A DNA stretch of 64,000 nt, taken from NCBI GenBank assembly GCA_963838415.1, contig CAWIRB010000007.1:16621-80620 (forward strand), in the 5' to 3' direction. The notes under the pieces were generated by a model. It had not been told where the DNA came from. It did not search any database and saw only the letters and a list, made by a program, of their open reading frames with translations. How positions within the stretch are numbered: the stretch's first letter is position 1; every line of letters begins with the position of its first letter. This DNA comes from an uncultured Acidobacteriaceae bacterium. Lineage in GTDB: Bacteria > Acidobacteriota > Terriglobia > Terriglobales > Acidobacteriaceae. The position numbers and the translations under genes were made by a program. This document shows positions 18,790 through 29,030 of the stretch, piece after piece.

Positions 18790-20979
18790 ATGGCGAAGGC
18801 CATCGAGCGCTACTTTAATGGCGCGCTCTATCTCCTCGTTCTCACGGGCTTCGCCACTCTGGCTTCCACCGGAGGTCTCGATCTGCCAGCTGTCCTGCTC
18901 GTCGCACTGGCCCTCGCCTTTCGCGGCTACCAACTTCTCACCCGGCGCGAGTTTGTGATCTCGGAACGCTGGACCACTCTCCTTACCCTGATCTACGTAT
19001 TCGTCTATCTCGCCGATTATTTATTTCTTTCCCGCGGCTTTCTGGCCGCCAGCGTTCACCTCGTGCTCTTCACCATGGTGGTGCGCCTGTTCTCCTTGCA
19101 GCGCGCCCGCGATCACTATATGCTCGCGGTACTCTCGTTTCTCATGGTGCTCGCCGCCGCCGTGCTCACCGTCGGCAGCGTGTTCCTGTTTTCTTTTGCC
19201 TGCTTCCTGCTCGTTGCCGTCGTCACTTTTGTGCTCATGGAGATGCGCCACTCAGTCGCCACCGAACTGACCCGCGCCCACGATCCCAGCGTCGTCTCTC
19301 CCAGTCAGCGCATGGCCTGCGCGCTGCTCGCCATCGCGCCCGCGCTCATGCTCATGATCCTGGGTGGTAGTTTCCTCATCTTTTTCCTGCTGCCCCGCAT
19401 TTCCTCCCACTACCTCAGCGCTTACTCCCCCAGCAGCGATGTCTCTACCGGATTTACCGACCGGGTGCAACTCGGCCGTATCGGCCAGATTCAGCAGTCC
19501 AGCACCGTCGTGATGCATATCGAAATCGACAACGATGTCCAGGGCGGTTACGACTTGAAGTGGCGCGGGGTCGCGTTAAGCAATTTTGACGGCAGCCTCT
19601 GGTCCAATTCCTATGACCAAAACCAGTTGCGGCCCGCCGCCGACGGAAGCTATCGCCTCGCTCCCATCTTGGCCCCGGGTGGCGCAACCGCTATCGCTGG
19701 ACGATCCATTCACTATCGCGTGATGATGGAGCCTCTCGGAACCAACGTCTTCTTTCTGGCCGAGAGACCTCTCAGTCTCTTGGGAAATTTCCGCCAGGTC
19801 AGTGTCGACTCGGGCGGCGCAGTCTACGACCTCGATATGGAGCGCCCCATCAATCGCTACGAAGCCGTCTCGCAACTGGCCGACTCCGACAGCGACGAAC
19901 TTCGCCTCGCCGCCAATACCGCCCCCGCCGACATGGACGCCTATCTAAAGCTCCCTCCCCTCGATAGTCGCATTTCAAAATTGGCGGAGGAAATCACCGC
20001 ACCTCAGCCCAGCAACTATGACAAAGCAGTCGCGTTGGAGCGTTATCTATCCACCCACTTCGGATACACCCTCGAATTGCCCCGCGCTACACCCCGAGAT
20101 CCGCTCGCAAATTTCCTCTTCGACAGAAAAAAGGGTCACTGCGAGTATTTCGCCAGCTCCATGGCCGTCATGCTGCGCTCTTTACGCATTCCGTCCCGCA
20201 TCGTTACCGGCTTCCGCGGAGGCGAGTTCAACGACCTCACCGGCCAGTATGTAATTCGAGCCAGCGACGCTCATTCCTGGGTGGAAGCCTACTTTCCCGG
20301 ATCCGGTTGGATCAGCTTTGATCCCACCCCGGCGGGCAGCCTTCCGACCCGCACCGGTTGGTCGCGGATGCAGCTCTATATCGATGCGGCTGCTTCTTTT
20401 TGGCGCGAATGGATTATCAACTACGACGTCAGCCACCAACGCAAGTTGGGCAAGGATGCCGCGAACAACAGCCGCCATCTCTTCGACGAGGCTCGCCATT
20501 GGATCGGGCGCCAGCATCGATCCCTGCTGCGCTCGGCACGGCGCGCGCACCGCCACTTCGCCAGCTTTCCCGCGCGGTGGTTCGGCGGCCTCGTCGCATT
20601 CGCGGTCATCATCCTCACCCTGTTGAATCTCGGCCGATTCATACGCGCCCTGCGGAATCGCAGTCTCCGGTCGCATCCCGAGCGCGCCCCGCGCCAATCC
20701 GCCGCGCTCTGGTATGACCGCATGGTGGCCCGCATGGCCCGCATGGGCTGGCGCAAGTCGCCGTCGCAAACTCCGCTGGATTTCGTGGCCGCCATTCAGG
20801 AGGCGGCCCTGCAAAGGAAAGTCGCCCGCTTTACCCGCGCTTATGAGTCTGCTCGCTTCGGCAAGTCGTTGGACGACGCCCAAAGCTTGCCCGGACTATT
20901 CGAAGACATTACGTCGGGTCCGAAGTCGGATCCGAGCCATCTGCGGGATTCGGGCAGCCATCCCTTGAACAAGGCTTGA
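18790..20979 (+). CDS. transglutaminase-domain membrane protein (TgpA-like)
   Basis: N-terminal multi-TM region and Cys-His-Asp core (KKGHCEYFAS ... DAHSWVEAYF ... SFDPTP). An alternative GTG start is at 18754. Confidence 0.8.
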   Translation: MAKAIERYFNGALYLLVLTGFATLASTGGLDLPAVLLVALALAFRGYQLLTRREFVISERWTTLLTLIYVFVYLADYLFLSRGFLAASVHLVLFTMVVRLFSLQRARDHYMLAVLSFLMVLAAAVLTVGSVFLFSFACFLLVAVVTFVLMEMRHSVATELTRAHDPSVVSPSQRMACALLAIAPALMLMILGGSFLIFFLLPRISSHYLSAYSPSSDVSTGFTDRVQLGRIGQIQQSSTVVMHIEIDNDVQGGYDLKWRGVALSNFDGSLWSNSYDQNQLRPAADGSYRLAPILAPGGATAIAGRSIHYRVMMEPLGTNVFFLAERPLSLLGNFRQVSVDSGGAVYDLDMERPINRYEAVSQLADSDSDELRLAANTAPADMDAYLKLPPLDSRISKLAEEITAPQPSNYDKAVALERYLSTHFGYTLELPRATPRDPLANFLFDRKKGHCEYFASSMAVMLRSLRIPSRIVTGFRGGEFNDLTGQYVIRASDAHSWVEAYFPGSGWISFDPTPAGSLPTRTGWSRMQLYIDAAASFWREWIINYDVSHQRKLGKDAANNSRHLFDEARHWIGRQHRSLLRSARRAHRHFASFPARWFGGLVAFAVIILTLLNLGRFIRALRNRSLRSHPERAPRQSAALWYDRMVARMARMGWRKSPSQTPLDFVAAIQEAALQRKVARFTRAYESARFGKSLDDAQSLPGLFEDITSGPKSDPSHLRDSGSHPLNKA

Positions 20980-20987
20980 GCCCGCAA

Positions 20988-21620
20988 CTAGAAACGGTGC
21001 ATGATGCCAGCGCCTACGTAGTAGTTGTTCTGCCGGCTTTTCCCGGTATCCACCGTATAGTCGGGAAGCCCGGAGTTGAAATCGCGCGCCTCGAAGCGCG
21101 CGCCCCAGCGATGCCAGAACCACACATCCAATCCCGCTCCAAACTGGATCACTCCTGTGTTCGTGCCGGTCGGTCCGGGGTTCGGTCCGTAAAAATTGCG
21201 CACCGGCGCCTCCCGGAATCGCCCATAACCCGCGCCCGCGCTCACCCACGGGCTCACCGAGTCCCCGGAAAAAACGTTCAGCCGCACCGATGGAGTTACA
21301 AAAAGCGCCCCAATGTCCTTGGGGATCTGGTTCTGGTCCGTGTGCAAATCCATCCGAAAATAGATCGCCGCCGGCACTTCCGCAGACAGCGCGAAAATCT
21401 TGCGCGTCTTAAACAACCGGCCGTAATTGAATGCAACCATCTCCTCGTTGCCGAAATGAATATGAGGGTCGAAGTCGTTCACATACGCATCATTCACGAT
21501 CGTCTGGGTACTCACGAAAGCTCGCCCCCCGGTGAAGGAGAGCTCGTTGACTTGGGCATAGGCGCCGGAAACAAGTACTAAGAATGGAACGACTATTACT
21601 GCGAGACGTTGGTACCACAT
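20988..21620 (-). CDS. outer-membrane beta-barrel protein
   Basis: Signal peptide ending AYAQ, alternating beta pattern, C-terminal F. GGAGGA lies upstream of ATG 21620. Confidence 0.55.
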   Translation of the reverse strand: MWYQRLAVIVVPFLVLVSGAYAQVNELSFTGGRAFVSTQTIVNDAYVNDFDPHIHFGNEEMVAFNYGRLFKTRKIFALSAEVPAAIYFRMDLHTDQNQIPKDIGALFVTPSVRLNVFSGDSVSPWVSAGAGYGRFREAPVRNFYGPNPGPTGTNTGVIQFGAGLDVWFWHRWGARFEARDFNSGLPDYTVDTGKSRQNNYYVGAGIMHRF

Positions 21621-21816
21621 CTCTCCTCCGGAGTATTGAGGGATGTATTTTTGTTTCCATAAGATTAGCACGGTCCGCCCCTGTCAGCCGAAAACATGCG
21701 GTACGTTCCGGTTACTCCATTTCTGCGGGCGCGAATCGGGCGCTGCCGGATGCTAGAATTAACCAGATCGGTTTCCTGCTCATTGCGTCATCGCCCCAGT
21801 GTCCATAAAGAAAAAC

Positions 21817-23310
21817 ATGTCCGCGACTTCGGAGGCGCCTGCCCCCGCCAAGGTAGGTTTTGTAAGCCTGGGCTGCCCCAAGAACCTCGTCGACAGTGAA
21901 GTTATGATGGGCCTGCTGGCGCGGGCGGGCGCGGAACTGACTCCCGACGCCGAGGATGCCGACGTCATCGTGGTCAACACCTGCTCCTTCATTGGCAGCG
22001 CGCAACAAGAGTCCATCGACACCATCCTCGAAATGGCCCGCCTCAAAACCGCCGGCAAAGCCAAAAGACTGGTGGTCGCCGGTTGCTTGGTCGAACGCTT
22101 TCACAACGAGATTCAAAAAAACATTCCTGAAGTGGACGCCGTCGTCGGCACCGGCGAACTGGAGAAAATCCTCGCCGCAGCGGGCGTCGAGCCATCGCCC
22201 CCCAACCCGAGTCCGTTCAACATTCTGACTTCACACCCGCTCGGTTCGAACGCCTCAACGGCAACCGTCGTCCCTTCGCGCCCCGAGGGCGATCATCGCC
22301 GCCGGCAGGGGCGCTTCGCGCGCGATTCATGGGATGGCGCCGTCGCCGACCTGCCCAACTATCTTTACGACGACCACACCCCCCGCGTCCTCGCCACGCC
22401 GGGATATTCCGCCTACATAAAAATCGCCGAAGGCTGCGACCATCCCTGCAGCTTCTGTATTATTCCCCAGCTTCGGGGACAGTTTCGCTCGCGCCGTTTC
22501 GAATCCGTGATTGCCGAAGCCGAGCGCCTCGCCCAATCCGGCGTGCGCGAAATCACTCTCATCGGACAGGACACGACTTGCTTCGGCGAGGATCTTGGAC
22601 TCCAAGATGGCCTCGCCCTGCTCCTCGAAAAACTCGCCGGCGTCGAAGGCCTGCGCTGGATTCGATTCCTCTACGCCTATCCCAACAAAATCACCGGGCG
22701 ATTGCTCGCCACCATCGCCGCCCACGACAATATCTGCTCTTACATCAACGTCCCGCTGCAACATGCCTCGGCGACCGTTCTGAAGCGCATGAAGCGCGGA
22801 GGCGGCGCCGATTTATTCTTGCGTTCAATCGAGAAAATGCGCCGCGTAATTCCCGGCGTTACCTTGCGCACGTCGTTCATTGTCGGCTTCCCGGGGGAAA
22901 CCGAAAAAGAATTCGAGGAACTTTGCGACTTCGTGAAAGAGGCCGGGTTCGACTGGCTGGGCGCCTTCGGCTACTCCGATCAGGAAGGCGCCGGCGCCTT
23001 CCAGCAAGGCCTGAAACTTTCCCCGCGCGACATCGAGAGCCGCCGCAAGTCGCTCATGTCGATCCAAAAGAAAATCAGTCGCGCCCGGAAAAAGAAACTC
23101 ATCGGGCGCGAATTCGATCTGCTGCTGGAGGGAACATCGACCGAGTCCGACCTCCTGCTCGAAGGCCGCACCGCGATGCACGCACCCGAGATTGACGGCA
23201 AAGTCTTCGTCAACGATTATCCCGAAGGACAAGAGCCGGCAAAAGGAAACTTCTACCGCTGCCGCATTACCGCGGCGCACGATTATGACCTGGTCGCGGA
23301 AATCGTTTAA
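21817..23310 (+). CDS. rimO: ribosomal protein S12 methylthiotransferase
   Basis: UPF0004 N-domain (VGFVSLGCPKN), radical-SAM CxxxCxxC (CDHPCSFC), and a C-terminal TRAM-like region. Confidence 0.85.
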   Translation: MSATSEAPAPAKVGFVSLGCPKNLVDSEVMMGLLARAGAELTPDAEDADVIVVNTCSFIGSAQQESIDTILEMARLKTAGKAKRLVVAGCLVERFHNEIQKNIPEVDAVVGTGELEKILAAAGVEPSPPNPSPFNILTSHPLGSNASTATVVPSRPEGDHRRRQGRFARDSWDGAVADLPNYLYDDHTPRVLATPGYSAYIKIAEGCDHPCSFCIIPQLRGQFRSRRFESVIAEAERLAQSGVREITLIGQDTTCFGEDLGLQDGLALLLEKLAGVEGLRWIRFLYAYPNKITGRLLATIAAHDNICSYINVPLQHASATVLKRMKRGGGADLFLRSIEKMRRVIPGVTLRTSFIVGFPGETEKEFEELCDFVKEAGFDWLGAFGYSDQEGAGAFQQGLKLSPRDIESRRKSLMSIQKKISRARKKKLIGREFDLLLEGTSTESDLLLEGRTAMHAPEIDGKVFVNDYPEGQEPAKGNFYRCRITAAHDYDLVAEIV

Positions 23311-23395
23311 GGTCGGATGTCAGAGGTGATTGCCGAGGTCAAAAATACGTACACAGAAGTGTTTTCCTCTCGCGATCTGTCGCCACATTTCCACT

Positions 23396-23605
23396 ATGCC
23401 ACGTAAGCGCTCTATCAAACTCCGTTGCCCCATCTGTAAGAAGCTGGTGCAGTCCGCCGACGCTGACTTCCCTTTTTGCAGCGACCGCTGCCGCCTCATC
23501 GATCTCGGCAAGTGGGCCAGCGGCGCCTACGTAATCTCGTCGCCGGTCGACGACGCCGAACAAGCAATCCGGCAGGACATTCCCGACGAGGATGACTCGC
23601 AGTGA
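23396..23605 (+). CDS. yacG: DNA gyrase inhibitor YacG-like zinc-finger protein
   Basis: CPICKK...FPFCSDRCRLIDLGKW motif. Confidence 0.75.
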   Translation: MPRKRSIKLRCPICKKLVQSADADFPFCSDRCRLIDLGKWASGAYVISSPVDDAEQAIRQDIPDEDDSQ

Positions 23606-24162
23606 CGCCCTCGCCAGATCCTCCTTCGCCGGATCCCAACGACCGTAGCACCATCGTCCCGCCGGCCGTCGCGGGGGTGTCTCGCCCGCACGCTCCATTG
23701 TGGGCCACCCTGGTCGCGACTTTCTTCGGAGCCGGGCGCCTTCAGCCCGGTCCCGGCACCTGGGGATCACTAGCCACGGTGGTGGTTTGGGCGTTGGCAA
23801 GTTCCCAGATCCCCTCCCCGAACCGCACCTCGGCGACCATCCTCGCAGCCTTTGCCGCCACCATCATTGGAATTCCCGCCGCCACCCTCGTCGCCCGATC
23901 CTCTGCACTCCAAGACCCGCAATTCGTCGTCATCGATGAAGTGGCGGGGCAACTGGTCGCGCTCATCGCCGTCCCCCTGGCTTGGAAAACTTTTCTCATG
24001 GGCCTTATACTCTTTCGTGTCTTCGATATTTGGAAGCCGTTCCCCATCCGGCGACTGGAGCGGCTGCCCGAAGGCACCGGCATTGTGGTCGACGACTTGG
24101 GTGCGGGACTTTATGCCTTCGCCATCATGCATCTTCTGTTGCACTTTGGACTTCTAACGTAA
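23602..24162 (+). CDS. pgpA: phosphatidylglycerophosphatase A
   Basis: GPGTWGSL...IDEVAGQ...FRVFDIWKP...DD motifs. GTGA overlap with yacG. Confidence 0.8.
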   Translation: MTPSPDPPSPDPNDRSTIVPPAVAGVSRPHAPLWATLVATFFGAGRLQPGPGTWGSLATVVVWALASSQIPSPNRTSATILAAFAATIIGIPAATLVARSSALQDPQFVVIDEVAGQLVALIAVPLAWKTFLMGLILFRVFDIWKPFPIRRLERLPEGTGIVVDDLGAGLYAFAIMHLLLHFGLLT

Positions 24163-24204
24163 TAGCGGTTCATCCATCGAGCCAGATTCTGCCGGGACAA
24201 ACTC

Positions 24205-25263
24205 ATGAGCATCTCCGAACGCCTGCTGGGAAAAAAAAACGTCAACGGAAAGCCGCACATCGATGCGGTCGCGCCCTCTTTCGCTCTCCCGGGAGGCGAG
24301 GTTCGTATCGTGGGCAAGAGCTTGCGTCCCCACGAATTCCGCCGCCCCAGCGTGCATTTTGGCGAACTCGAAGGCTCGGTGTTAATCAGTTCCGACGATT
24401 TTCTCGTGGCCCGGGTTCCCGACGGCGCGGCCTCCGGTGCGGTGGTCGTCGGCGCCAACGGTCAACTCAGCAACCCGCAATCCATCAGGATCGCCGTCCC
24501 GGTTGCCGACAATCTTCATCCCGTCACCAATCCCGCCCTCGATCGCGATGGCAATATTTATGTCACCTTCTCCGGTTCGCGTGGTCAAAAAGTTCCAGTC
24601 TCTATCTTCAAGATCGACGCCAACTACAACGTGAAACCGTTTCTTAGCGACCTCATGAACGCCACTGCCATTGCCTTCGATCGCGCTGGCGAAATGTACG
24701 TCTCTTCGCGCCATGACGAAGCCGTTTACAAGGTTGCCCCCAACGGCACCATGTCCACCTACGCCGAAGGTATGGGAATCGCCACTGGAATTGCCTTCGA
24801 TACGGCCGGAAATCTCTACGTCGGCGACCGCAGCGGTACCATCTTCAAGATCGCCCCCGACCGCCAGATTTTTGTGTTTGCTACCCTCGAACCCAGCGTT
24901 TCCGCCTATCACATCGCTTTTGGTCCCGGCGGCGATATGTTCGTCACCGGCCCCAGCACTTCCAGTTTCGACTGCGTCTACAAAGTCGATCCCCACGGTG
25001 GTGTGTCCGTGTTCTATCGCGGCCTCGGTCGTCCCCAAGGTCTGGCCCTCGATGTCGACGGCAACATCTATGTCGCCGCCTCGCTCTCCGGAAAACGCGG
25101 CATTGTGAAAATCACTCCTCAAGGCAAGGCCGATCTCGAGGTTTCCGGCCACGGCATCGTCGGACTGGCTTTCGCTCCCGACAAGTCCGCCATTGTCGCA
25201 ACCAACAGCGCCGTCCACCACATTTCCTGGAATGTTCAGGGTATGCCCCTGCCCGCGGAGTAA
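24205..25263 (+). CDS. IPT/TIG plus NHL/SMP-30-like beta-propeller repeat protein
   Basis: N-terminal Ig-like segment, then repeated ..G.iAfD..GN(l/i)YV.. blades. Confidence 0.6.
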   Translation: MSISERLLGKKNVNGKPHIDAVAPSFALPGGEVRIVGKSLRPHEFRRPSVHFGELEGSVLISSDDFLVARVPDGAASGAVVVGANGQLSNPQSIRIAVPVADNLHPVTNPALDRDGNIYVTFSGSRGQKVPVSIFKIDANYNVKPFLSDLMNATAIAFDRAGEMYVSSRHDEAVYKVAPNGTMSTYAEGMGIATGIAFDTAGNLYVGDRSGTIFKIAPDRQIFVFATLEPSVSAYHIAFGPGGDMFVTGPSTSSFDCVYKVDPHGGVSVFYRGLGRPQGLALDVDGNIYVAASLSGKRGIVKITPQGKADLEVSGHGIVGLAFAPDKSAIVATNSAVHHISWNVQGMPLPAE

Positions 25264-25268
25264 TGACT

Positions 25269-25673
25269 TCAGCCCCTACCCACCGGCGCATACGGAAACG
25301 GGAACATTTTCTCTTCCTCCTTGCCCAGTTCCTCGATCCAATCCTGTATTCCGTTCTCAGCCATCGAAGTCAAAGGGAAAAACTCAAACCCCGACCGCGC
25401 CCGCGCGCTATGTCGAACCGTTGCCAGCATCTCGACCGGAACCCCTCGTAACGCCAGCTCCAGCGCAACCGTCTCGCCCACCCGCGGCGCGCCGCACACC
25501 AGCGCCGACATGCCTCGCATACTGATATCCAGCGTGATCCCGCGAGTCAGCAACGGCCCAAAACGCAGAAAACGCTGCAATCCCACTGGCATGCTGGCCA
25601 AATAGCGCGGCTCCCGCCGCCGCACGTCATACTCCCGCGGACGGGCTAACACTCCCATTGCATTCAAATACAT
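25269..25673 (-). CDS. PilZ domain protein (c-di-GMP receptor type)
   Basis: RRREPR (RRxxxR) and DISMRG (DxSxxG) motifs at canonical spacing. The longer ORF 25269-26015 overlaps the REC gene, so it was trimmed to Met at 25673. Confidence 0.7.
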   Translation of the reverse strand: MYLNAMGVLARPREYDVRRREPRYLASMPVGLQRFLRFGPLLTRGITLDISMRGMSALVCGAPRVGETVALELALRGVPVEMLATVRHSARARSGFEFFPLTSMAENGIQDWIEELGKEEEKMFPFPYAPVGRG

Positions 25674-25711
25674 GTCGCTCTCCTCGCATGAAGCGCGCCG
25701 GCACCGAAGCG

Positions 25712-26113
25712 TTACGATGGCGCGCTTCCCCGCCATCCCCACCCCGCCTGCAGGCTGGCGCGAATCACTCCCAGCAATTCCTCGTTGTCCGCCGGCTTCT
25801 GAAAAAAAGCCACCGCTCCCGACTCTAACGTGCGTTTTTCGTTGGATTCCGCGTCCCGAGCCGTCAGCACGATCACCGGAATGTCCGATAGTGCCGGATA
25901 CTGCTGCAGATTTTTCAGCACCGCAAACCCGTCTCCCGCCGGCAACCCGAGATCCAGAATGATCAGATGCGGATGTTCCTTCTGGGCCATCGCGATCGCG
26001 GAATATCCGTCGCACACATTCACTGTATCGAAGTTGTTCGCCCGCAGACGCAAGCTCAGCGCCTGTCTAAGATCGGGATCGTCATCCACCACCATAATCT
26101 TGGCGCGATTCAT
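25712..26113 (-). CDS. single-domain response regulator (REC)
   Basis: IMVVDDD...LIILDLGLP...VLTA..K pattern. An alternative start is at 26146. Confidence 0.85.
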   Translation of the reverse strand: MNRAKIMVVDDDPDLRQALSLRLRANNFDTVNVCDGYSAIAMAQKEHPHLIILDLGLPAGDGFAVLKNLQQYPALSDIPVIVLTARDAESNEKRTLESGAVAFFQKPADNEELLGVIRASLQAGWGWRGSAPS

Positions 26114-26150
26114 CGGTATCCCCTGCCCGTAGCTGTCGCTCCACATCTTG

Positions 26151-27725
26151 TCAGTTCTCCTTTTCGATGAAGTTTTGTTTGTTCCAAAGATCCCGCTGAA
26201 TGATTTCCATGACCGAGTCCGCAATCCCCCACACTTGTTGTTCCAGAGTCCTTGGATCGCCCAACGGCACTCCCGGAATCGCCTCCGCCGTCACCCGCAA
26301 GCTACCGCTTGCCTTCAATTCCGCCATGCCGCCGATTTGCCCGCGAATCCGGTCCATCATGATCCCGGCCCGCTCCATATCCGTAGACGCCACCACGAAA
26401 AATGTCTCTGCCGCGCCGCTCGTTCCCATGGCCGGAAGCACCAGGTCCTTATCCACGAAAACGCACTGCCGCAACCGTGCCTGACAGTGCTCGCAGGTCT
26501 CCTTCCAGCTTCCGCGCAGTGCCTTCGAGAGCGGAGTCAACTCCACTCGCACCAGCACCAGAGACTCTCGTAACCTTCCTTGGTTCGTGATTGCGGGCAG
26601 CAGCAGCCTGGCCAGCGAATAAAGCGGCAACGTGAATGAAAATGCGCTGCCGCTTCCAGGTTCGCTCGCCACCCACATCCGCCCGCCCTGAAGTGTGACA
26701 ATCTCTTTCGCAATGTAGAGCCCCAACCCCAGTCCGCTCCGGTTGCCATCCACCGCATCAGGGTCCTGATAAAGACGGTCGAACACCTGCCCCAGCGACT
26801 CCGCCGGAATGCCCCGCCCGCTATCGCTTACCGAAAGATATACCGCGCTCGGGTCGGTCTCCACCTTCGACGCCTTGACAATCACCGATCCGTCCGCCGG
26901 CGTGAACTTGATCCCGTTGTCGATCAGATTGATGAAAACTTCCAGCGTGCGGTCGGGATCCGCATATACAAGCGGGATCGTCGGATCCAACCCGATCTCC
27001 AGACCCACATGTTTTTCGGCCGCCGTGGGACGCATCATCGCCACCGCCTGCCGTATCAGTTCCCCAATATCGATGCACCGCGGTTCAACCCGCAGCTTCC
27101 CACTCTCCGCCCGCGTCGCCTCCAGCAAATCCCGAATCATGGCATGTAACTGATTCACACTCTTCAGAACCGTCTTCAGATGGTCCGTCTGGTTCGGAGT
27201 CATGGGACCGTCCAACCCGTCCAACAGCAGCGTGACGTACTGGTGAATACATGTCAGCGGCGTCCGTAATTCATGCGAAACATGGGAGAGAAACTGGTTC
27301 TTGAATTCAATTTGCCGCTGGCGGGTGATTTCCAGCGAGTGCAGCAGCCCTTGCCGCTCTACCGCATAGCGCAGCGCCCGCTCCAGATGCTTGCTCGTGA
27401 TATCGCCTTTGATCAGGTAGTCCTGCACCCCCATTTGCACGGCCTTCATCGCCAGCGCCTCATCGTCCTGGCCCGAAAGAATCACCACCGGCACGTTCGG
27501 AGCTTTCTGCATCACCCGCCGAAAGGTTTCCGCCCCGTGGCTGTCCGGAAGGTTCAGGTCGAGCAGCACCAGCAATGGCACTTCCGCCTCCAGGCATGCC
27601 AGCCCATCGGACAGCCGCGGCACGCAGTTCACGTGAACATCGGATTTACTCTCCACAAAACGCAGACGCACCAGGTCCGCGTCTCCAGGGTTGTCTTCGA
27701 TCAGCAAAACATTCGCAGGTGTCAT
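26151..27725 (-). CDS. hybrid sensor histidine kinase: REC-HisKA-HATPase plus an unassigned ~170-aa C-terminal domain
   Basis: N-terminal REC (LLIEDNPGD..LLDLNLPD), H-box HVSHELRTPL, and N/G boxes (DNGIKFT, GLGLGLYIAK). Confidence 0.85.
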   Translation of the reverse strand: MTPANVLLIEDNPGDADLVRLRFVESKSDVHVNCVPRLSDGLACLEAEVPLLVLLDLNLPDSHGAETFRRVMQKAPNVPVVILSGQDDEALAMKAVQMGVQDYLIKGDITSKHLERALRYAVERQGLLHSLEITRQRQIEFKNQFLSHVSHELRTPLTCIHQYVTLLLDGLDGPMTPNQTDHLKTVLKSVNQLHAMIRDLLEATRAESGKLRVEPRCIDIGELIRQAVAMMRPTAAEKHVGLEIGLDPTIPLVYADPDRTLEVFINLIDNGIKFTPADGSVIVKASKVETDPSAVYLSVSDSGRGIPAESLGQVFDRLYQDPDAVDGNRSGLGLGLYIAKEIVTLQGGRMWVASEPGSGSAFSFTLPLYSLARLLLPAITNQGRLRESLVLVRVELTPLSKALRGSWKETCEHCQARLRQCVFVDKDLVLPAMGTSGAAETFFVVASTDMERAGIMMDRIRGQIGGMAELKASGSLRVTAEAIPGVPLGDPRTLEQQVWGIADSVMEIIQRDLWNKQNFIEKEN

Positions 27726-28159
27726 TTTTCCTCTCGCGGCAGCCTGGCGGAGCCAAACCAGAATTCTTCAATCGCTTGCACCGCCAGCAAGTAACCTTTC
27801 AAATTTCCCGGCTTGCTGACGTAACAGTTCGCACCCAGTTCGTAACTGCGCCTGATGTCCAACATCGAGCTGGATGTACTGAACACGACGATGGGGATGC
27901 TGCGCAGTTCCTTATCGGTTTTCGCCTCCGCCAAAACCGCTCTACCATCTTTCTTCGGCAGATTTAAATCTAAGATCACTAGGTCGGGACGCATCGCATT
28001 CCGGTACCGGCCCGTCCGGTGCAGATAGGCCATGGCCTCCTCGCCATCCGCCACCGGACTGATCTGGCTCTGATGCCTGCCCCCGGCCAACGCCTCCTGC
28101 GCCAGACCGATGTCGGCCGGGTTGTCATCCACGAGAAGGACCTGAGGCATTGTTTTCAT
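27722..28159 (-). CDS. single-domain response regulator (REC)
   Basis: VLLVDDNPAD...LVILDLNLPKKDG...SKP. ATGA overlap with the kinase start. Confidence 0.85.
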   Translation of the reverse strand: MKTMPQVLLVDDNPADIGLAQEALAGGRHQSQISPVADGEEAMAYLHRTGRYRNAMRPDLVILDLNLPKKDGRAVLAEAKTDKELRSIPIVVFSTSSSMLDIRRSYELGANCYVSKPGNLKGYLLAVQAIEEFWFGSARLPREEK

Positions 28160-28568
28160 TGCTCAAGCTCCCCCCTTCTCATCATGACGGGCAAGCAAAT
28201 CGATCCCAACCCCGTGCCGCTCCCGTCCTCGAACTCCACCATTACCCTGTCTCCGAATCTTGTGTGAACCCCGCTTACTCTTCAGGAAAAACGCATTGCC
28301 ATCTACCTATCCCCACATGAGCTTAGCTATCGGCTCCGCACCAATGGGCTTGAGAACCTAAAGTCCACCCTTTCTTGGAAACAGAACCGATGCGCCCTTC
28401 GATCCGGACCTTGGCCAAACGGACGTATTTGCGCTAGCCCGGCGGCAATGCTGAGAGAAGGCTTAGGGAGGTCTCTAGGAAGTGGTGAACCAGCGCTTCA
28501 CACAAAACTGGAGTCTCGGTCGTACTCAGCCTGAGCACGCCCGCAAAACACTGCTGGCGAAAAACCTG

Positions 28569-29030
28569 CTACTTCCTGTACACGGTCGGCTGCGGCCCCT
28601 TCTCCAGCGCCTCGCGATCCCAGATCATGCCTTCGCGGGTATAGTTCGCGAGTTCGAAATCCTGGGTCAGTTCGAGCGCATCGGTGGGGCAAGCATCTTC
28701 GCACAGACCGCAAAACATGCAGCGGCTCAGGTCGTAGGTAAAGTTGGTCAGCTCTTTGCGGCGGGTCTTTTCATTGCGCTCGCTGGTCACCACAATCAGG
28801 TTTTCCGGACACGCCAGCGCGCACAGATCGCAGGAAATGCAGAGCGTCTCGTCCGTATCCGGATTTACGTTCAACCGCGGCGCGCCGCGGTAGCGCTCCG
28901 CCACCTGCGGCCGCTCCAGCGGATACTGCTCGGTATAAATTTCCTTCGGATCCTGATACCGGAACGTCACCCCCAGTCCCTCGATCAGGTCCACCAAAAA
29001 AACCTTCCGCAGAATCTCGGCCACTCCCAT
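28569..29030 (-). CDS. nuoI: NADH-quinone oxidoreductase subunit I-like 2x[4Fe-4S] ferredoxin
   Basis: CISCDLCALACP and CMFCGLCEDACP clusters. The N-terminal ..EQYP.E.. pattern is typical of NuoI. Confidence 0.75.
   Translation of the reverse strand: MGVAEILRKVFLVDLIEGLGVTFRYQDPKEIYTEQYPLERPQVAERYRGAPRLNVNPDTDETLCISCDLCALACPENLIVVTSERNEKTRRKELTNFTYDLSRCMFCGLCEDACPTDALELTQDFELANYTREGMIWDREALEKGPQPTVYRK

Noticed and set aside
28160-28568. ~400-bp non-coding gap between the REC gene and nuoI, as a possible sRNA or riboswitch
   Set aside because: No convincing conserved structure, terminator or repeat could be identified by eye. It most likely holds the promoter/leader of the two-component operon.
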